A DNA stretch of 62,112 nt, counting the filler, from a bacterium (GTDB taxonomy: Bacteria; JBDRGX01), in the NCBI GenBank assembly GCA_043817485.1. It is 7 parts of 7 records of this genome, joined end to end, with 100 filler letters (N's around TTAATTAATTAA, not from the genome) between each part and the next. Parts side by side here need not be neighbours in the genome. Positions count along the whole stretch, not along the records: positions 1 to 2,519 come from JBDRGX010000123.1; positions 2,620 to 17,040 come from JBDRGX010000124.1; 5 more parts are not named here. One strand, given 5' to 3'. The notes under the pieces are model-generated. The model made no database searches and was not told the origin of the DNA. It worked only from the letters and a program-made list of their open reading frames with translations. Each line of letters opens with the position of its first letter. Position 1 is the first letter of the stretch. Shown here one piece after another: positions 1 through 9,828 of this stretch. The position numbers and the translations under genes were made by a program.

Positions 1-260
1 AAAAGTAAATCCTATAAACTCAATAAAAAAATAGAAAGTTTTTTAAACCAACGAGAATATGTGAAAATATGTTAATTTTTCAATCTAAAAAATTAACATT
101 TTCACGTAGTAAAAAATTAACATATTGACAAAGTAACAACATACATTTTTTGATTTTATAATTGTTAACCTAATTTTCCTCACATATTATAACTATGTTA
201 GCAAATAATCGAATTTAACATCAAAAAAAATCTACATGTACATTAAAAAATTCATATCAT

Positions 261-340
261 TATAATAATATCACCCTTTCAGGGTTAGAATTTAATGTAA
301 TTATCTATTTGCTACAATAATGTTACCCCTTCGGGGTTAA
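261..340. repeat. Two REP-like hairpin direct repeats, 52-bp period
   Basis: tataataatatcACCCTTTCAGGGTtag (261-288) and tacaataatgttACCCCTTCGGGGTtaa (313-340). Confidence 0.6.
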
Positions 341-617
341 GATTTAATTATCCTAAATCCTTACTTTTAGAATAATTATGTTTCCTGAAAAATAAAAAAA
401 ACATGAATTTTTCTCTTTTATGGTTATAATTTAATTAGAATTATGAAAAGGACTAAATCTCTTTATTTTTAATTAATTTTAAACTTATAGTTATAGAAAT
501 TTGGGAATTCAAATTGCTAAATAGTTTTAATTTATGTTAAAATATTGCAGCATAAAATTTCAATTATCTTAAAAAGCAACATTACATTTCACATTCAAAA
601 ACTGATTTCATTGTTTT

Positions 618-1421
618 CTATTCTTCAATTTCTTTTTTTGCAAATTCTATTGATTTTTTTATTTCTTCAAACCAATTAGAACAATGTTTAATTTCCAAAG
701 TATAATAGCCCTGATAATTTATTTTTTTTAATTTTTTAAAAATATTTTTCCAATCAATATTTCCCTTATTCAAATGTAAATGTTTATCCAAAATACCATC
801 ATTATCTGAAAGATGAATATTAAATATTTTTCCTTGATATTCAGAAATTTCCTTTATAACATTAATATTAGAAATTAAATTTATATGTCCAACATCAACA
901 CAAACACCTAAAAAAGGAGATTTAAATTTATTTATGACATCAAGAAGTTTTTCACTTGTAGTATAAAAAAATACATTAAAAAGATTTTCTAAAGCAATTT
1001 TTTTATTTTTAGAAATAGCATATTCTAAAATTTCTTTTAAACTTATAATACTTTTTTCTTTTTTTTCTTGAAAAGAAGGAATATATTCTGCTTTTTTACT
1101 TCCATGTAAAACTAAAAATTCTCCATTCAAATTAGATAAACAATCTATACTTTTTTTAATCATTGAAACATTTTTTTTTCTTTCTTTTTCATCAAAAGCA
1201 GCAATATCCAAACCATAAGGAGCATGTAAAGAAACTACTTTCAAATCATATTTGTTTAAATCTTTCAACAATTTATTTGTTTCTCTTTTGCTTAAAAAAT
1301 TAAAATGATCTTCAAAATTTCCCCAAATTTCTAAGTTTTTAATAGGAAGATCTGCAATTTTACTAAGATTAGACAAAAGAGAATATTTTTCAATAATATA
1401 AGTAGATAAAGATAATTTCAT
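618..1421 (-). CDS. Sugar phosphate isomerase/epimerase (AP endonuclease 2 / xylose isomerase-like TIM barrel)
   Basis: SLHAP, ALEN, CVDVGH, IHLSDN, DKH, TLEI metal-binding motifs. Confidence 0.85.
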   Translation of the reverse strand: MKLSLSTYIIEKYSLLSNLSKIADLPIKNLEIWGNFEDHFNFLSKRETNKLLKDLNKYDLKVVSLHAPYGLDIAAFDEKERKKNVSMIKKSIDCLSNLNGEFLVLHGSKKAEYIPSFQEKKEKSIISLKEILEYAISKNKKIALENLFNVFFYTTSEKLLDVINKFKSPFLGVCVDVGHINLISNINVIKEISEYQGKIFNIHLSDNDGILDKHLHLNKGNIDWKNIFKKLKKINYQGYYTLEIKHCSNWFEEIKKSIEFAKKEIEE

Positions 1422-2215
1422 TTTTTTATATCCTCCAATTTAATTTCTATTTTTTTATCGTCTTTATCTCTAATTTTTACCATTCCTTTTAAAATATTAT
1501 AATCTATTACTTCACCCGTAATTTCAGCAGTTGAAACAATTTCTCCTTTTTTGGGATATTTTTTATTTTCTTCTTTATAAAAATCATATTCATAAGCCAA
1601 ACAACATTTTAATCTACCACAACAACCTTTTGTTTTTTCAGTATTTATTGCTATATTTTGTTCTTTTGCAAATTTAACAGAAATGGATTTGAATTTTTCT
1701 TTGAAAATTGTGCAACATAAAGATTTCCCACAAACACCATATCCACCAACAAATTTAGATTCATCTCTAATATTAATTTGTTTAAATTCTACTTTTGCTC
1801 GTAAATAATATACAAGATTTTTAATTAAATTACTAAAATCTACTTTTTCTTCTGAAATTGTGATAAAGAAAAAAATAATTTTTTCTTTATCAAAGCTATA
1901 TCTTGCTTTTATTAATTTTATAGGAAAATTCATTTCTTTAATATTTTTTTGACATAAAGCAAAATATTTTTTTTCTTTTTCTTCTATTTCTTCTTTTCTT
2001 TGCATATCTTCTGGCAATGCTTTTCGTATAATAGGCAAAACATCTATAATTTCATCTTCCATTATAATTTTCCCTGCAATAACAACTTTGCCTAATTCTT
2101 TTTCTTGATTAACTTCTACAACACAATATTCACCAAGTTTTAATTCTATCCCAAAAGTATTACAATAAAAAACCTTTTCTTCTTCTTTGAATTTTACTCC
2201 CACTACTTCATACAT
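1418..2215 (-). CDS. PSP1-domain protein (RicT/YaaT family)
   Basis: GGYGVCGKSLCC, GCCGRLKCCLAYE; follows holB as usual. Confidence 0.9.
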   Translation of the reverse strand: MYEVVGVKFKEEEKVFYCNTFGIELKLGEYCVVEVNQEKELGKVVIAGKIIMEDEIIDVLPIIRKALPEDMQRKEEIEEKEKKYFALCQKNIKEMNFPIKLIKARYSFDKEKIIFFFITISEEKVDFSNLIKNLVYYLRAKVEFKQINIRDESKFVGGYGVCGKSLCCTIFKEKFKSISVKFAKEQNIAINTEKTKGCCGRLKCCLAYEYDFYKEENKKYPKKGEIVSTAEITGEVIDYNILKGMVKIRDKDDKKIEIKLEDIKK

Positions 2216-2519
2216 ACAGCATTACTCCTTATATTTAAGAATAAAACTTCTAATATTAAACGCAAATTTATATTGTTTTTAATATCTTCTTTTACTTCCA
2301 AAATTAATTTAATTATATTTTCTATTTTGGAAAATGAAAATACATTTATATTTTCTGAAAAACTATTTTTGATATCTAAATTCATTAAATATTTATTATC
2401 TACATTTTTTTTAAATAATATTAAATCTCTAAACCACCATAATATAGAATCTAATAACAAAATTGCTTCTTCTTTTTCTTTGCAAATTTGTTCTATTTTT
2501 TCTAACAAAAATATTTCAG
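2203..2519 (-). CDS. holB: DNA polymerase III delta' subunit, C-terminal part (cut by contig end)
   Basis: WFRDLIL, NINLRLILEVLFL C-terminal signature; upstream of PSP1 gene. Confidence 0.75.
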
Positions 2520-2620
2520 NNNNNNNNNNNNNNNNNNNNNNNNNNNNNNNNNNNNNNNNNNNNTTAATTAATTAANNNNNNNNNNNNNNNNNNNNNNNNN
2601 NNNNNNNNNNNNNNNNNNNT
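2520..2620. other. Artificial contig linker
   Basis: N-run, TTAATTAATTAA (stops in six frames), N-run. Confidence 0.98.
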
Positions 2621-2642
2621 ATTTTTAAAATGATCATCTATG

Positions 2643-2759
2643 AGACTGTGTCATAACTCTAAATCTAGACATCCATACCATAACATATTGTGGTTTTGTG
2701 GAAACCTACCACTTTATGTTGTAAAACAATTGCCGTGAAATTGAATTATGACACAGTCT
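2643..2759. mobile_element. 117-bp MITE-like element with perfect 14-bp terminal inverted repeats
   Basis: AGACTGTGTCATAA (2643-2656) ... TTATGACACAGTCT (2746-2759). Confidence 0.7.
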
Positions 2760-2760
2760 G

Positions 2761-2930
2761 CATGAATTGCCCCTACCATTAGACAAGAACCAACGTCGTC
2801 ATATCTTGTTACCTAAAATCATTGGCTATTTCAAAATGAACACAACAAAACAAATTAACGATTTCCGAAAAACGCCGGGCGTTTCGGTCTGGCAACGAAA
2901 TTATTATAAACATATTATCAAAAATATTTC
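2761..2930 (+). pseudogene. C-terminal fragment of REP-associated tyrosine transposase (RAYT)
   Basis: HELPL..LLPKIIGYFKMNTTKQIN..VWQRNYYKHIIKN; begins with half REP CATGAATTGCCCCTAC. Confidence 0.8.
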
Positions 2931-2963
2931 GTTACTAATTATGACACATCTATTAGTGGACAC

Positions 2964-5147
2964 TTAAAGATATTCAAAAATAATGGTTGATAGAGGTGGT
3001 AAGGTTAAAGAAATAGAATTATCTCTATGATGCCATTTTACTTCTTCTGAATATACTCCACCAAAATTTCCTTGACCTGATCCTCCATATTCTTTAGCAT
3101 CTGAATTCAATATTTCTTTATAAAAGCCCTTATTTGAAATACCAATTCTATAATTATATCTTATAACTGGAGTAAGGTTATAAACAAATACTAATATTTC
3201 ATTTTTTGATTTTCTTATAAAACTTATAATTCCAGAATCTACATCACTAAAATCTATCCATTCAAATCCTTGATACGAAAAATCTATTTCAAAAAAAGCT
3301 GAATGATTTTTATAAAGACAAAGTAAATCTTTAATATAATTTTTAAATTGTTGATGCATTAAATATTCTAAAAGATGCCAATCAAGACTTTTATCACAAT
3401 TCCATTCAAGCCATTGACCAAATTCATCTCCCATAAATATAAGTTTTTTTCCTGGATGCCCAAACATATATCCATAAAATAATCTAAGATTAGCAAATTT
3501 TTGCCAATAATCACCAGGCATCTTTTCGATCATTGAGCCTTTTCCGTGGACAACCTCATCGTGAGAGATGGGTAAAACAAAATTTTCTGTAAAAGCATAT
3601 AAAAAAGAAAAAGTTAAAAGATTATAACAATATTTACGATAAATTGGATCTTTAGAAAAAAATGACAATTGATCATGCATCCATCCCATATTCCATTTAA
3701 AATCAAATCCTAATCCACCTAAATATACAGGACAAGAAACACCAGGCCAAGCAGTAGATTCTTCAGCCATAGTTAAAATATCAGGATAATAATAATGAAC
3801 TACTTTATTAAATTCTTTTAAAAAAGCAATTGCTTCCAAATTTTCTTTTCCACCAAATTCATTTGGACTCCATTCTCCTTCTTTTCGAGAATAATCAAGA
3901 TATAACATAGAAGCAACAGCATCTACTCTTAATCCATCAATATGATATTTTTCAAACCAAAATAAGGCATTAGAAAGCAAAAAATTTTTAACTTCATTTC
4001 TTGAATAATTAAAAAGGTATGTTCCCCAATCTTTTTGTTCTTTTTTTTTCCAATCATCATAAGTGTATAAATTTGTTCCATCAAAATCAGAAATTCCATA
4101 ATCATCTTTAGGAAAATGAGAAGGAACCCAATCTAAAATAATGCCAATGTTATTTTGATGACACTTATCTACAAAATTCATAAAATCTTGAGGAGTTCCA
4201 AATCTACTTGTCGGAGCAAAATAATTTACTGTTTGATATCCCCAAGAAGCATCAAGAGGATGTTCCATAATGGGAAGTAATTCTATATGAGTAAACCCCA
4301 TTTCTTTTACATAAGGAATTAATTGTTCTGATATTTCTTTATAGGTAAGAAATCCATTTTCTCTTTCGCAAGATCTTTTCCATGAATTTAAATGAACTTC
4401 ATATACTGAAATTGGGTTTTCTCTCCAATTTATTTTTTTTCTATTTTCTAACCATTTTTGATCATTCCATGTATATGTCTTTAAATCACAAACAACAGAA
4501 GCTGTTTTAGGACGAAATTCTGCTTTAAAAGAATAAGGATCTGTTTTAGTTCTAATTTTATTATCTACATGTGAACAAATTGCATATTTATAAACTTCAT
4601 TTTCATCTAAATTGGGAATAAATAATATCCATATTCCAGAATCTCCTAAACAAAGCATAGAATGATGTCCTGGATACCAATGATTAAAATTTCCTACAAC
4701 ACTTACGCCTTTAGCATTTGGAGCCCAAACTACAAATTCAACTCCTTTGATTCCTTCTATTTTTTTAATATGAGCCCCTAATATTTCAAAAGAATTATAA
4801 TTAGTTCCTTCTTTTAAAAGATAGAGATCATAATTAGAAAGTTTTGGAGGATAAGCATAAGGATCATAAAATTTATGAATAAATCCAGATTTGTCTTGAA
4901 AAGAAAATTGGTAAGGAATAATGAAATTCACATCAGAAAATACTATTTCAAAAAAACCTTTATCGTGAATTTTATTTAATTCTATTTTCGGAAGATTTTT
5001 ATCTAATCTATAAATCCAAGATTTAATAGCTAACGGGAAATAACATCTTATATGTAATTTTTCGTTGATTATATGAGGCCCTAAAAAACAAAATGGATTG
5101 TGTTCTTGGCAATTTATAATTTTTTCTAATAATTTTTTATCATACAT
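2964..5147 (-). CDS. glgB: 1,4-alpha-glucan branching enzyme
   Basis: WAPNA, YEVHL, SWGYQ, DWVPSHFP, DGLRVDAVASMLY, AEEST, SHDEVVHGK. Confidence 0.97.
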   Translation of the reverse strand: MYDKKLLEKIINCQEHNPFCFLGPHIINEKLHIRCYFPLAIKSWIYRLDKNLPKIELNKIHDKGFFEIVFSDVNFIIPYQFSFQDKSGFIHKFYDPYAYPPKLSNYDLYLLKEGTNYNSFEILGAHIKKIEGIKGVEFVVWAPNAKGVSVVGNFNHWYPGHHSMLCLGDSGIWILFIPNLDENEVYKYAICSHVDNKIRTKTDPYSFKAEFRPKTASVVCDLKTYTWNDQKWLENRKKINWRENPISVYEVHLNSWKRSCERENGFLTYKEISEQLIPYVKEMGFTHIELLPIMEHPLDASWGYQTVNYFAPTSRFGTPQDFMNFVDKCHQNNIGIILDWVPSHFPKDDYGISDFDGTNLYTYDDWKKKEQKDWGTYLFNYSRNEVKNFLLSNALFWFEKYHIDGLRVDAVASMLYLDYSRKEGEWSPNEFGGKENLEAIAFLKEFNKVVHYYYPDILTMAEESTAWPGVSCPVYLGGLGFDFKWNMGWMHDQLSFFSKDPIYRKYCYNLLTFSFLYAFTENFVLPISHDEVVHGKGSMIEKMPGDYWQKFANLRLFYGYMFGHPGKKLIFMGDEFGQWLEWNCDKSLDWHLLEYLMHQQFKNYIKDLLCLYKNHSAFFEIDFSYQGFEWIDFSDVDSGIISFIRKSKNEILVFVYNLTPVIRYNYRIGISNKGFYKEILNSDAKEYGGSGQGNFGGVYSEEVKWHHRDNSISLTLPPLSTIIFEYL

Positions 5148-5155
5148 ATTTTTAT

Positions 5156-5404
5156 TTATAATAAATTATATTCTTTTTTTATTTCATTTTCTGCTCTTAA
5201 CCAATCTTCAGAATCATATCCATGACTATAATTTTTTTCTATAAAATATTGATAAGACTTTTGAGCAACTTTTTCATAAAATTCTTGTTCAGAAATTATT
5301 TTTTTTTCTTGAGCAATTTTATTTTTTGATATAAATCTACCCTTATCATCTTTAAGTCTAATTACTTTTTTTTCTTGAGCAATTTTATTTTTTTTTACTG
5401 GCAT
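5156..5404 (-). CDS. DUF2934-like small protein with internal KNKIAQEKK duplication
   Basis: VAQKSYQYF..HGYDSEDWLRAENEI motif; upstream of glgB. Confidence 0.75.
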   Translation of the reverse strand: MPVKKNKIAQEKKVIRLKDDKGRFISKNKIAQEKKIISEQEFYEKVAQKSYQYFIEKNYSHGYDSEDWLRAENEIKKEYNLL

Positions 5405-5513
5405 TTTGAACTCTCCTTTGGAAATTTTAAATTATGAATTTAAAATTAAAATTCTTACTTCTGATTTTTATTTAATATTTATTTATTTTGTCAATAAAAA
5501 AAATCAAATATTA

Positions 5514-6029
5514 TTAACTAAGTTCTTGCATAGTAAAAACCGAATTAAAATTACAACCTATGTTTTCAATATTTTCTCGACCGCCTTGTTGTCTATCAAT
5601 AACACAAATTACATTCTGAATTTCTAATCCTAAATTTCGCATTTGATTAATTGATGTACATACTTGTCCAGCAGTAGTAACAACATCTTCTATAACAACT
5701 ATTTTTTCTCCTTTTTGAAAACCACCTTCAACTAAATTACAAGTACCATAATTTTTTGCTATTTTACGAACAAACAAACAAGGCTTATTTGTTTTTAAAG
5801 AAATTATGCTTGCTAAAGGAATTCCTCCTAATTCTAATCCAGCTAATTTATCAAAAAAAGAAGGTAAAAGTTTTTGCATTTCTTGACAAATAGCATCTAA
5901 TAAAATGGGATTGCTTTCGAAACGATATTTATCCCAATAAAAAGAGCTTATTTTCCCAGATCTTAAAAGAAATTGTCCAGTTAAAAATGAAACATTTTTA
6001 ATTTGTTTTATTAATTCAATTTTATTCAC
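5514..6029 (-). CDS. pyrE: Orotate phosphoribosyltransferase
   Basis: FLLRSGKISSFYWDKY, VVIEDVVTTAG PRPP motif. Confidence 0.92.
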   Translation of the reverse strand: MNKIELIKQIKNVSFLTGQFLLRSGKISSFYWDKYRFESNPILLDAICQEMQKLLPSFFDKLAGLELGGIPLASIISLKTNKPCLFVRKIAKNYGTCNLVEGGFQKGEKIVVIEDVVTTAGQVCTSINQMRNLGLEIQNVICVIDRQQGGRENIENIGCNFNSVFTMQELS

Positions 6030-6057
6030 AATATTTCCTTCAACAAATTAAATATAG

Positions 6058-6513
6058 TTATTTTAAATGCGAACACTTTAATTTTCTTTCTATAAAAGCA
6101 TTTAATAAAAGCAATCCAACTCCAATACAAATACAAGAATCAGCAACATTAAAAATAGGCCAAATTCTAAAATCCAAAAAATCTCTTACTTCTCCCAAAA
6201 ATAATCTATCTATCAAATTACCAAAAGCACCGCCAATAATTAAAGAAAAAGCTAATTGAAGTTTGTGATTTTTTTTTGGAATGCTATGATAATAAAAAAA
6301 TATAATGATAATCGTAATAATCGTAAAAAAAACAAGTATATTTTTAAAATTAGAAAATAATCCAAAAGCAACGCCTTTATTTTTAATATAAGTAAAATAA
6401 AAAATATTTTTAATAATTGGAATAGATTCTCCATAAACAAGATTTTTTTCAATAAAGTATTTTGAAACTTGATCTATTATTAAACTTACAAAAATAACTA
6501 ATGAAAAAATCAT
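6058..6513 (-). CDS. lspA: Lipoprotein signal peptidase II
   Basis: DQVSK, NKGVAFG, GNLIDR, VRDF, FNVADS. Confidence 0.96.
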   Translation of the reverse strand: MIFSLVIFVSLIIDQVSKYFIEKNLVYGESIPIIKNIFYFTYIKNKGVAFGLFSNFKNILVFFTIITIIIIFFYYHSIPKKNHKLQLAFSLIIGGAFGNLIDRLFLGEVRDFLDFRIWPIFNVADSCICIGVGLLLLNAFIERKLKCSHLK

Positions 6514-6893
6514 TTTTTTGTTTCCATTTCTTCTTTTTCTTTACATTTTAAGCATAATTTTGCATAAGGAATAACATCTAATCTTTTTTGTTCTATTAAT
6601 TGATTGCATTTTTCACACAATCCATAATTATCTCCATTTTTAATTTTTTCTAATGCTTCATCAATTTCATATAAAACATCAAATTCTGAAGATGCATGAT
6701 TTAACATAAATTCCATATCATAAGAATCTGTTCCCATATCAGACATATGTATTATTTTTCCATCATCATCTTTCAAAGATTTTTTTAAATTATTATCTTC
6801 TAAATGATTTAAAGTATTAACAAATTTCATTTTTAATTTTAATAATTTTTCTTTATAATGTTCTGTATTTTTTTCAATATTTTCTTTTTTCAT
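6510..6893 (-). CDS. TraR/DksA C4 zinc-finger protein
   Basis: HMSDMGTD coiled-coil tip, YGLCEKC...RL..IPYAKLCLKC. Confidence 0.9.
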   Translation of the reverse strand: MKKENIEKNTEHYKEKLLKLKMKFVNTLNHLEDNNLKKSLKDDDGKIIHMSDMGTDSYDMEFMLNHASSEFDVLYEIDEALEKIKNGDNYGLCEKCNQLIEQKRLDVIPYAKLCLKCKEKEEMETKK

Positions 6894-6909
6894 ATATTTA
6901 TTCTCCTTT

Positions 6910-9810
6910 TTAAATATTTTTTTCTTCTAATATAGATAAATTGTTTAAAATATTGCCACATCTTTGACAAACATCATTATATTTTAAATCTTCACCAACA
7001 CTTTTTTTATACATCCAACATCTATTACATTTTTCTCCAAGAGCTTTTTCTACCTTTATTTCAAAATCTTCTTGTTCTATTTCTTTTATTTCTGAAACTT
7101 GAAATTCTGAAACAATAGATATATCTTCTAATATTTGTTCATTTTCCTTTAAGAAATTTTTAATTTCATCATTTTTAGGATATAAAATAATTTTTGCTTC
7201 TAAACTTTGACCAATTTGTTTGTTTTCACGAGATATTTCTAAAGATTTAAGTATTTTTTCTCTAATTTTTAACAAATGAACCCATTTTTCTTGTAAGTTT
7301 TTATCCATTATTTCTTGTTTAATTTTTGGCCATTCTGTTAAATGAATACTAATTGGATCATCTTTCTTTTTAAAAATATATTGCCAAACTTCTTCTGCTG
7401 TATAAGGAAGAAGAGGAGCAATAAGTTTTGCTAATGTAGAAATTATTTTATATAAAACAGTTTGAGCAGATTTTCTTTCTTGAGAATTTGCTATAGAAAC
7501 ATATAATCTATCTTTAAGAACATCTAAATAAAAAGAACTTAAATCTAAAATACAATAATTTTTTATAAAATACATTACTTTATGAAATTCATAATTTTCA
7601 TAAGATGAAGTAGTTTTTTTTATAAGTTCTTGTAATTCCATTAAAGCAAATTTATCAATTTCTTTCATTTCTTGAAAAGGAATTGAATCTGTTTCGGGAT
7701 TAAAATCATACAAATTTCCTAAAATATAACGACAAGTATTTCTTATTTTTCTATAAATTTCAATAATAGATTGTAAGTTTTTTTCAGAAATACAAATATC
7801 TGTTGTAAAATCAACAGAAAAAAAATATAATCGCAAAACATCTGCACCATGTTTTTCAATAATTTCAAGAGGATTAACTACATTTCCTCTTGATTTTGAC
7901 ATTTTTTTCCCTTTTTCATCTAAAATAAGTCCATGAGTGATTACCATTTTATAAGGAGCTTTATTTCGAGAAGCAACACTTGGTAAAAGAGAAGATTGAA
8001 ACCAACCTCTATGTTGATCAGTTGCTTCTAAATATATATCTGCGGGAAATGTCAATTGATCATTTTCTTCTAATACTGCTGCCCAACTTACTCCAGACTC
8101 AAACCAAACATCAACAATATCTAAGTCTTGAATAAATTCTTTTTCTCCACAAGAAGAACAAGTAATATTTGAAGGTAATAAATAAGAAGTATTTTCTTGA
8201 AACCAAAATTCAATCCCTTGTTTTTTAGTTTTTTCAATTGTTTTATTAATTGCTTCTATGTTAATTAATTCTTTTTCACAATTTTTGCAATGAAATACTG
8301 GAATAGGTGTTCCCCAAATTCTTTGTCTTGATAAACAATAGTCTGGTCTTGTTTTTACCATATTAACAATTTTTTCTTCACCCCATGCTGGAATCCATTT
8401 TGATTGATGAATTGCCTCAATCGCTTTTTCTTTTAAATTATTATGATTCAAATTCATAAACCATTGAGATGTAGCTCTAAAAATAATTGGATTATGACAT
8501 CTCCAACAATAAGGATAAGAATGAGAAATATTTTCTGTAAACAGCAATATATTTAGTTGTTTTAATTTTTCAATAATCAATACATTAGTTTTAAAAACAA
8601 ACATTCCTTGAAAATCTTTTACTTCATTCGTAAATTTTCCTTTACTATCAACAGGAACAATAATTGGAAGATTGTATTTTAAAGAAGCTGCATAATCTTC
8701 TTGTCCATGTCCTGGAGCAATATGAACACAACCTGTTCCAACTTCATTGGTGATAAAATTAGCTAATATAACAGAAGAAGTACGATCAACAAGAGGATGT
8801 TGACAAACAACATGTTCTAAATCTTTTCCTTTTATGGTTTTTAAAATTTCTATTGGTTTTGAATTTTTTATCTGGGAGTGCCAAGAATCCTCTGTCTCTT
8901 GAGACAGGGATGAATTGGCACTATTAATAATATATTTTCCTTGCAGAGAAGATCCATCTCCATTTATGCGAGGGAGATTCATTTTTGACAAAAATAATTC
9001 TACTAAATTTTTAGACAAAATCCATTTTTCTTCTCCAATTTTTAAAACTACATATTCAAAATCTGGATGAAGAGCAACAGCAACATTTCCAAATAAAGTC
9101 CAAGGAGTAGTTGTCCAAATAATTATATAAGTATTTTCAATAGGTATTAAATTTTTTCCATCTATTACTTTAAATTTAACATAAATAGAAGGAGAAATAT
9201 GGTCAGAATGCTCTACTTCTGCTTCTGCTAAAGCAGTTTCACAAGTAGCACACCAATGAATTGGTCTTAAGCCCTTAAAAATATATCCTTTTTCAACTAA
9301 TTCTTTAAAAATTTCAAGAATTTTTGCTTCATAATGATAGCTTAAAGTTAAATAAGGATTATCCCATTCTCCTAAAACGCCTAATCTTTTGAATTGAGTT
9401 CTCTGAGTATCAACATATTTTAAAGCATAATCTTTACATTTATTTCTAATTTCTATTCGAGATAATTTATATTTTTCTTCGCCTAATTGTTTTAAAATAA
9501 TATTTTCTATTGGCATTCCGTGACAATCCCATCCAGGAACATAACAAGTATTATAACCAGACATTGTTTTAAATTTAATAATTAGATCTTTAAGACATTT
9601 ATTAAAAGCAGTTCCTAAATGAATATCTCCATTAGGATAGGGAGGACCATCATGAAGAATAAATTTGGGCTTTTCTTTGCTTTTTTCTTTTATTTTTTGA
9701 TATAAAACCCATTCTTCCCACATTTTAAAAATTTCTGGTTCATTTTTAGATAATTGAGCTTTCATTTGAAATTTTGTTTTAGGTAAGTTAAGAGTTGGTG
9801 TATAATTCAC
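6910..9810 (-). CDS. ileS: Isoleucyl-tRNA synthetase with ~35-aa atypical insert
   Basis: HDGPPYPNGDIHLG (HIGH), WTTTPWT, GTGCVHIAPGHG, KMSKS, C-terminal KCNRCW zinc finger. Confidence 0.97.
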   Translation of the reverse strand: MNYTPTLNLPKTKFQMKAQLSKNEPEIFKMWEEWVLYQKIKEKSKEKPKFILHDGPPYPNGDIHLGTAFNKCLKDLIIKFKTMSGYNTCYVPGWDCHGMPIENIILKQLGEEKYKLSRIEIRNKCKDYALKYVDTQRTQFKRLGVLGEWDNPYLTLSYHYEAKILEIFKELVEKGYIFKGLRPIHWCATCETALAEAEVEHSDHISPSIYVKFKVIDGKNLIPIENTYIIIWTTTPWTLFGNVAVALHPDFEYVVLKIGEEKWILSKNLVELFLSKMNLPRINGDGSSLQGKYIINSANSSLSQETEDSWHSQIKNSKPIEILKTIKGKDLEHVVCQHPLVDRTSSVILANFITNEVGTGCVHIAPGHGQEDYAASLKYNLPIIVPVDSKGKFTNEVKDFQGMFVFKTNVLIIEKLKQLNILLFTENISHSYPYCWRCHNPIIFRATSQWFMNLNHNNLKEKAIEAIHQSKWIPAWGEEKIVNMVKTRPDYCLSRQRIWGTPIPVFHCKNCEKELINIEAINKTIEKTKKQGIEFWFQENTSYLLPSNITCSSCGEKEFIQDLDIVDVWFESGVSWAAVLEENDQLTFPADIYLEATDQHRGWFQSSLLPSVASRNKAPYKMVITHGLILDEKGKKMSKSRGNVVNPLEIIEKHGADVLRLYFFSVDFTTDICISEKNLQSIIEIYRKIRNTCRYILGNLYDFNPETDSIPFQEMKEIDKFALMELQELIKKTTSSYENYEFHKVMYFIKNYCILDLSSFYLDVLKDRLYVSIANSQERKSAQTVLYKIISTLAKLIAPLLPYTAEEVWQYIFKKKDDPISIHLTEWPKIKQEIMDKNLQEKWVHLLKIREKILKSLEISRENKQIGQSLEAKIILYPKNDEIKNFLKENEQILEDISIVSEFQVSEIKEIEQEDFEIKVEKALGEKCNRCWMYKKSVGEDLKYNDVCQRCGNILNNLSILEEKNI
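8877..8981 (+). mobile_element. IS200/IS605-like non-autonomous mini-element inserted in frame in ileS
   Basis: GC-richer segment: AGTGCCAA..TTGGCACT enclosing hairpin ATCC-t-CTGTCTC/GAGACAG-GGAT; second imperfect hairpin 8948-8981 ending TTCA; exact ends uncertain. Confidence 0.6.
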
Positions 9811-9828
9811 AATTAAGCCCCCATAAAA

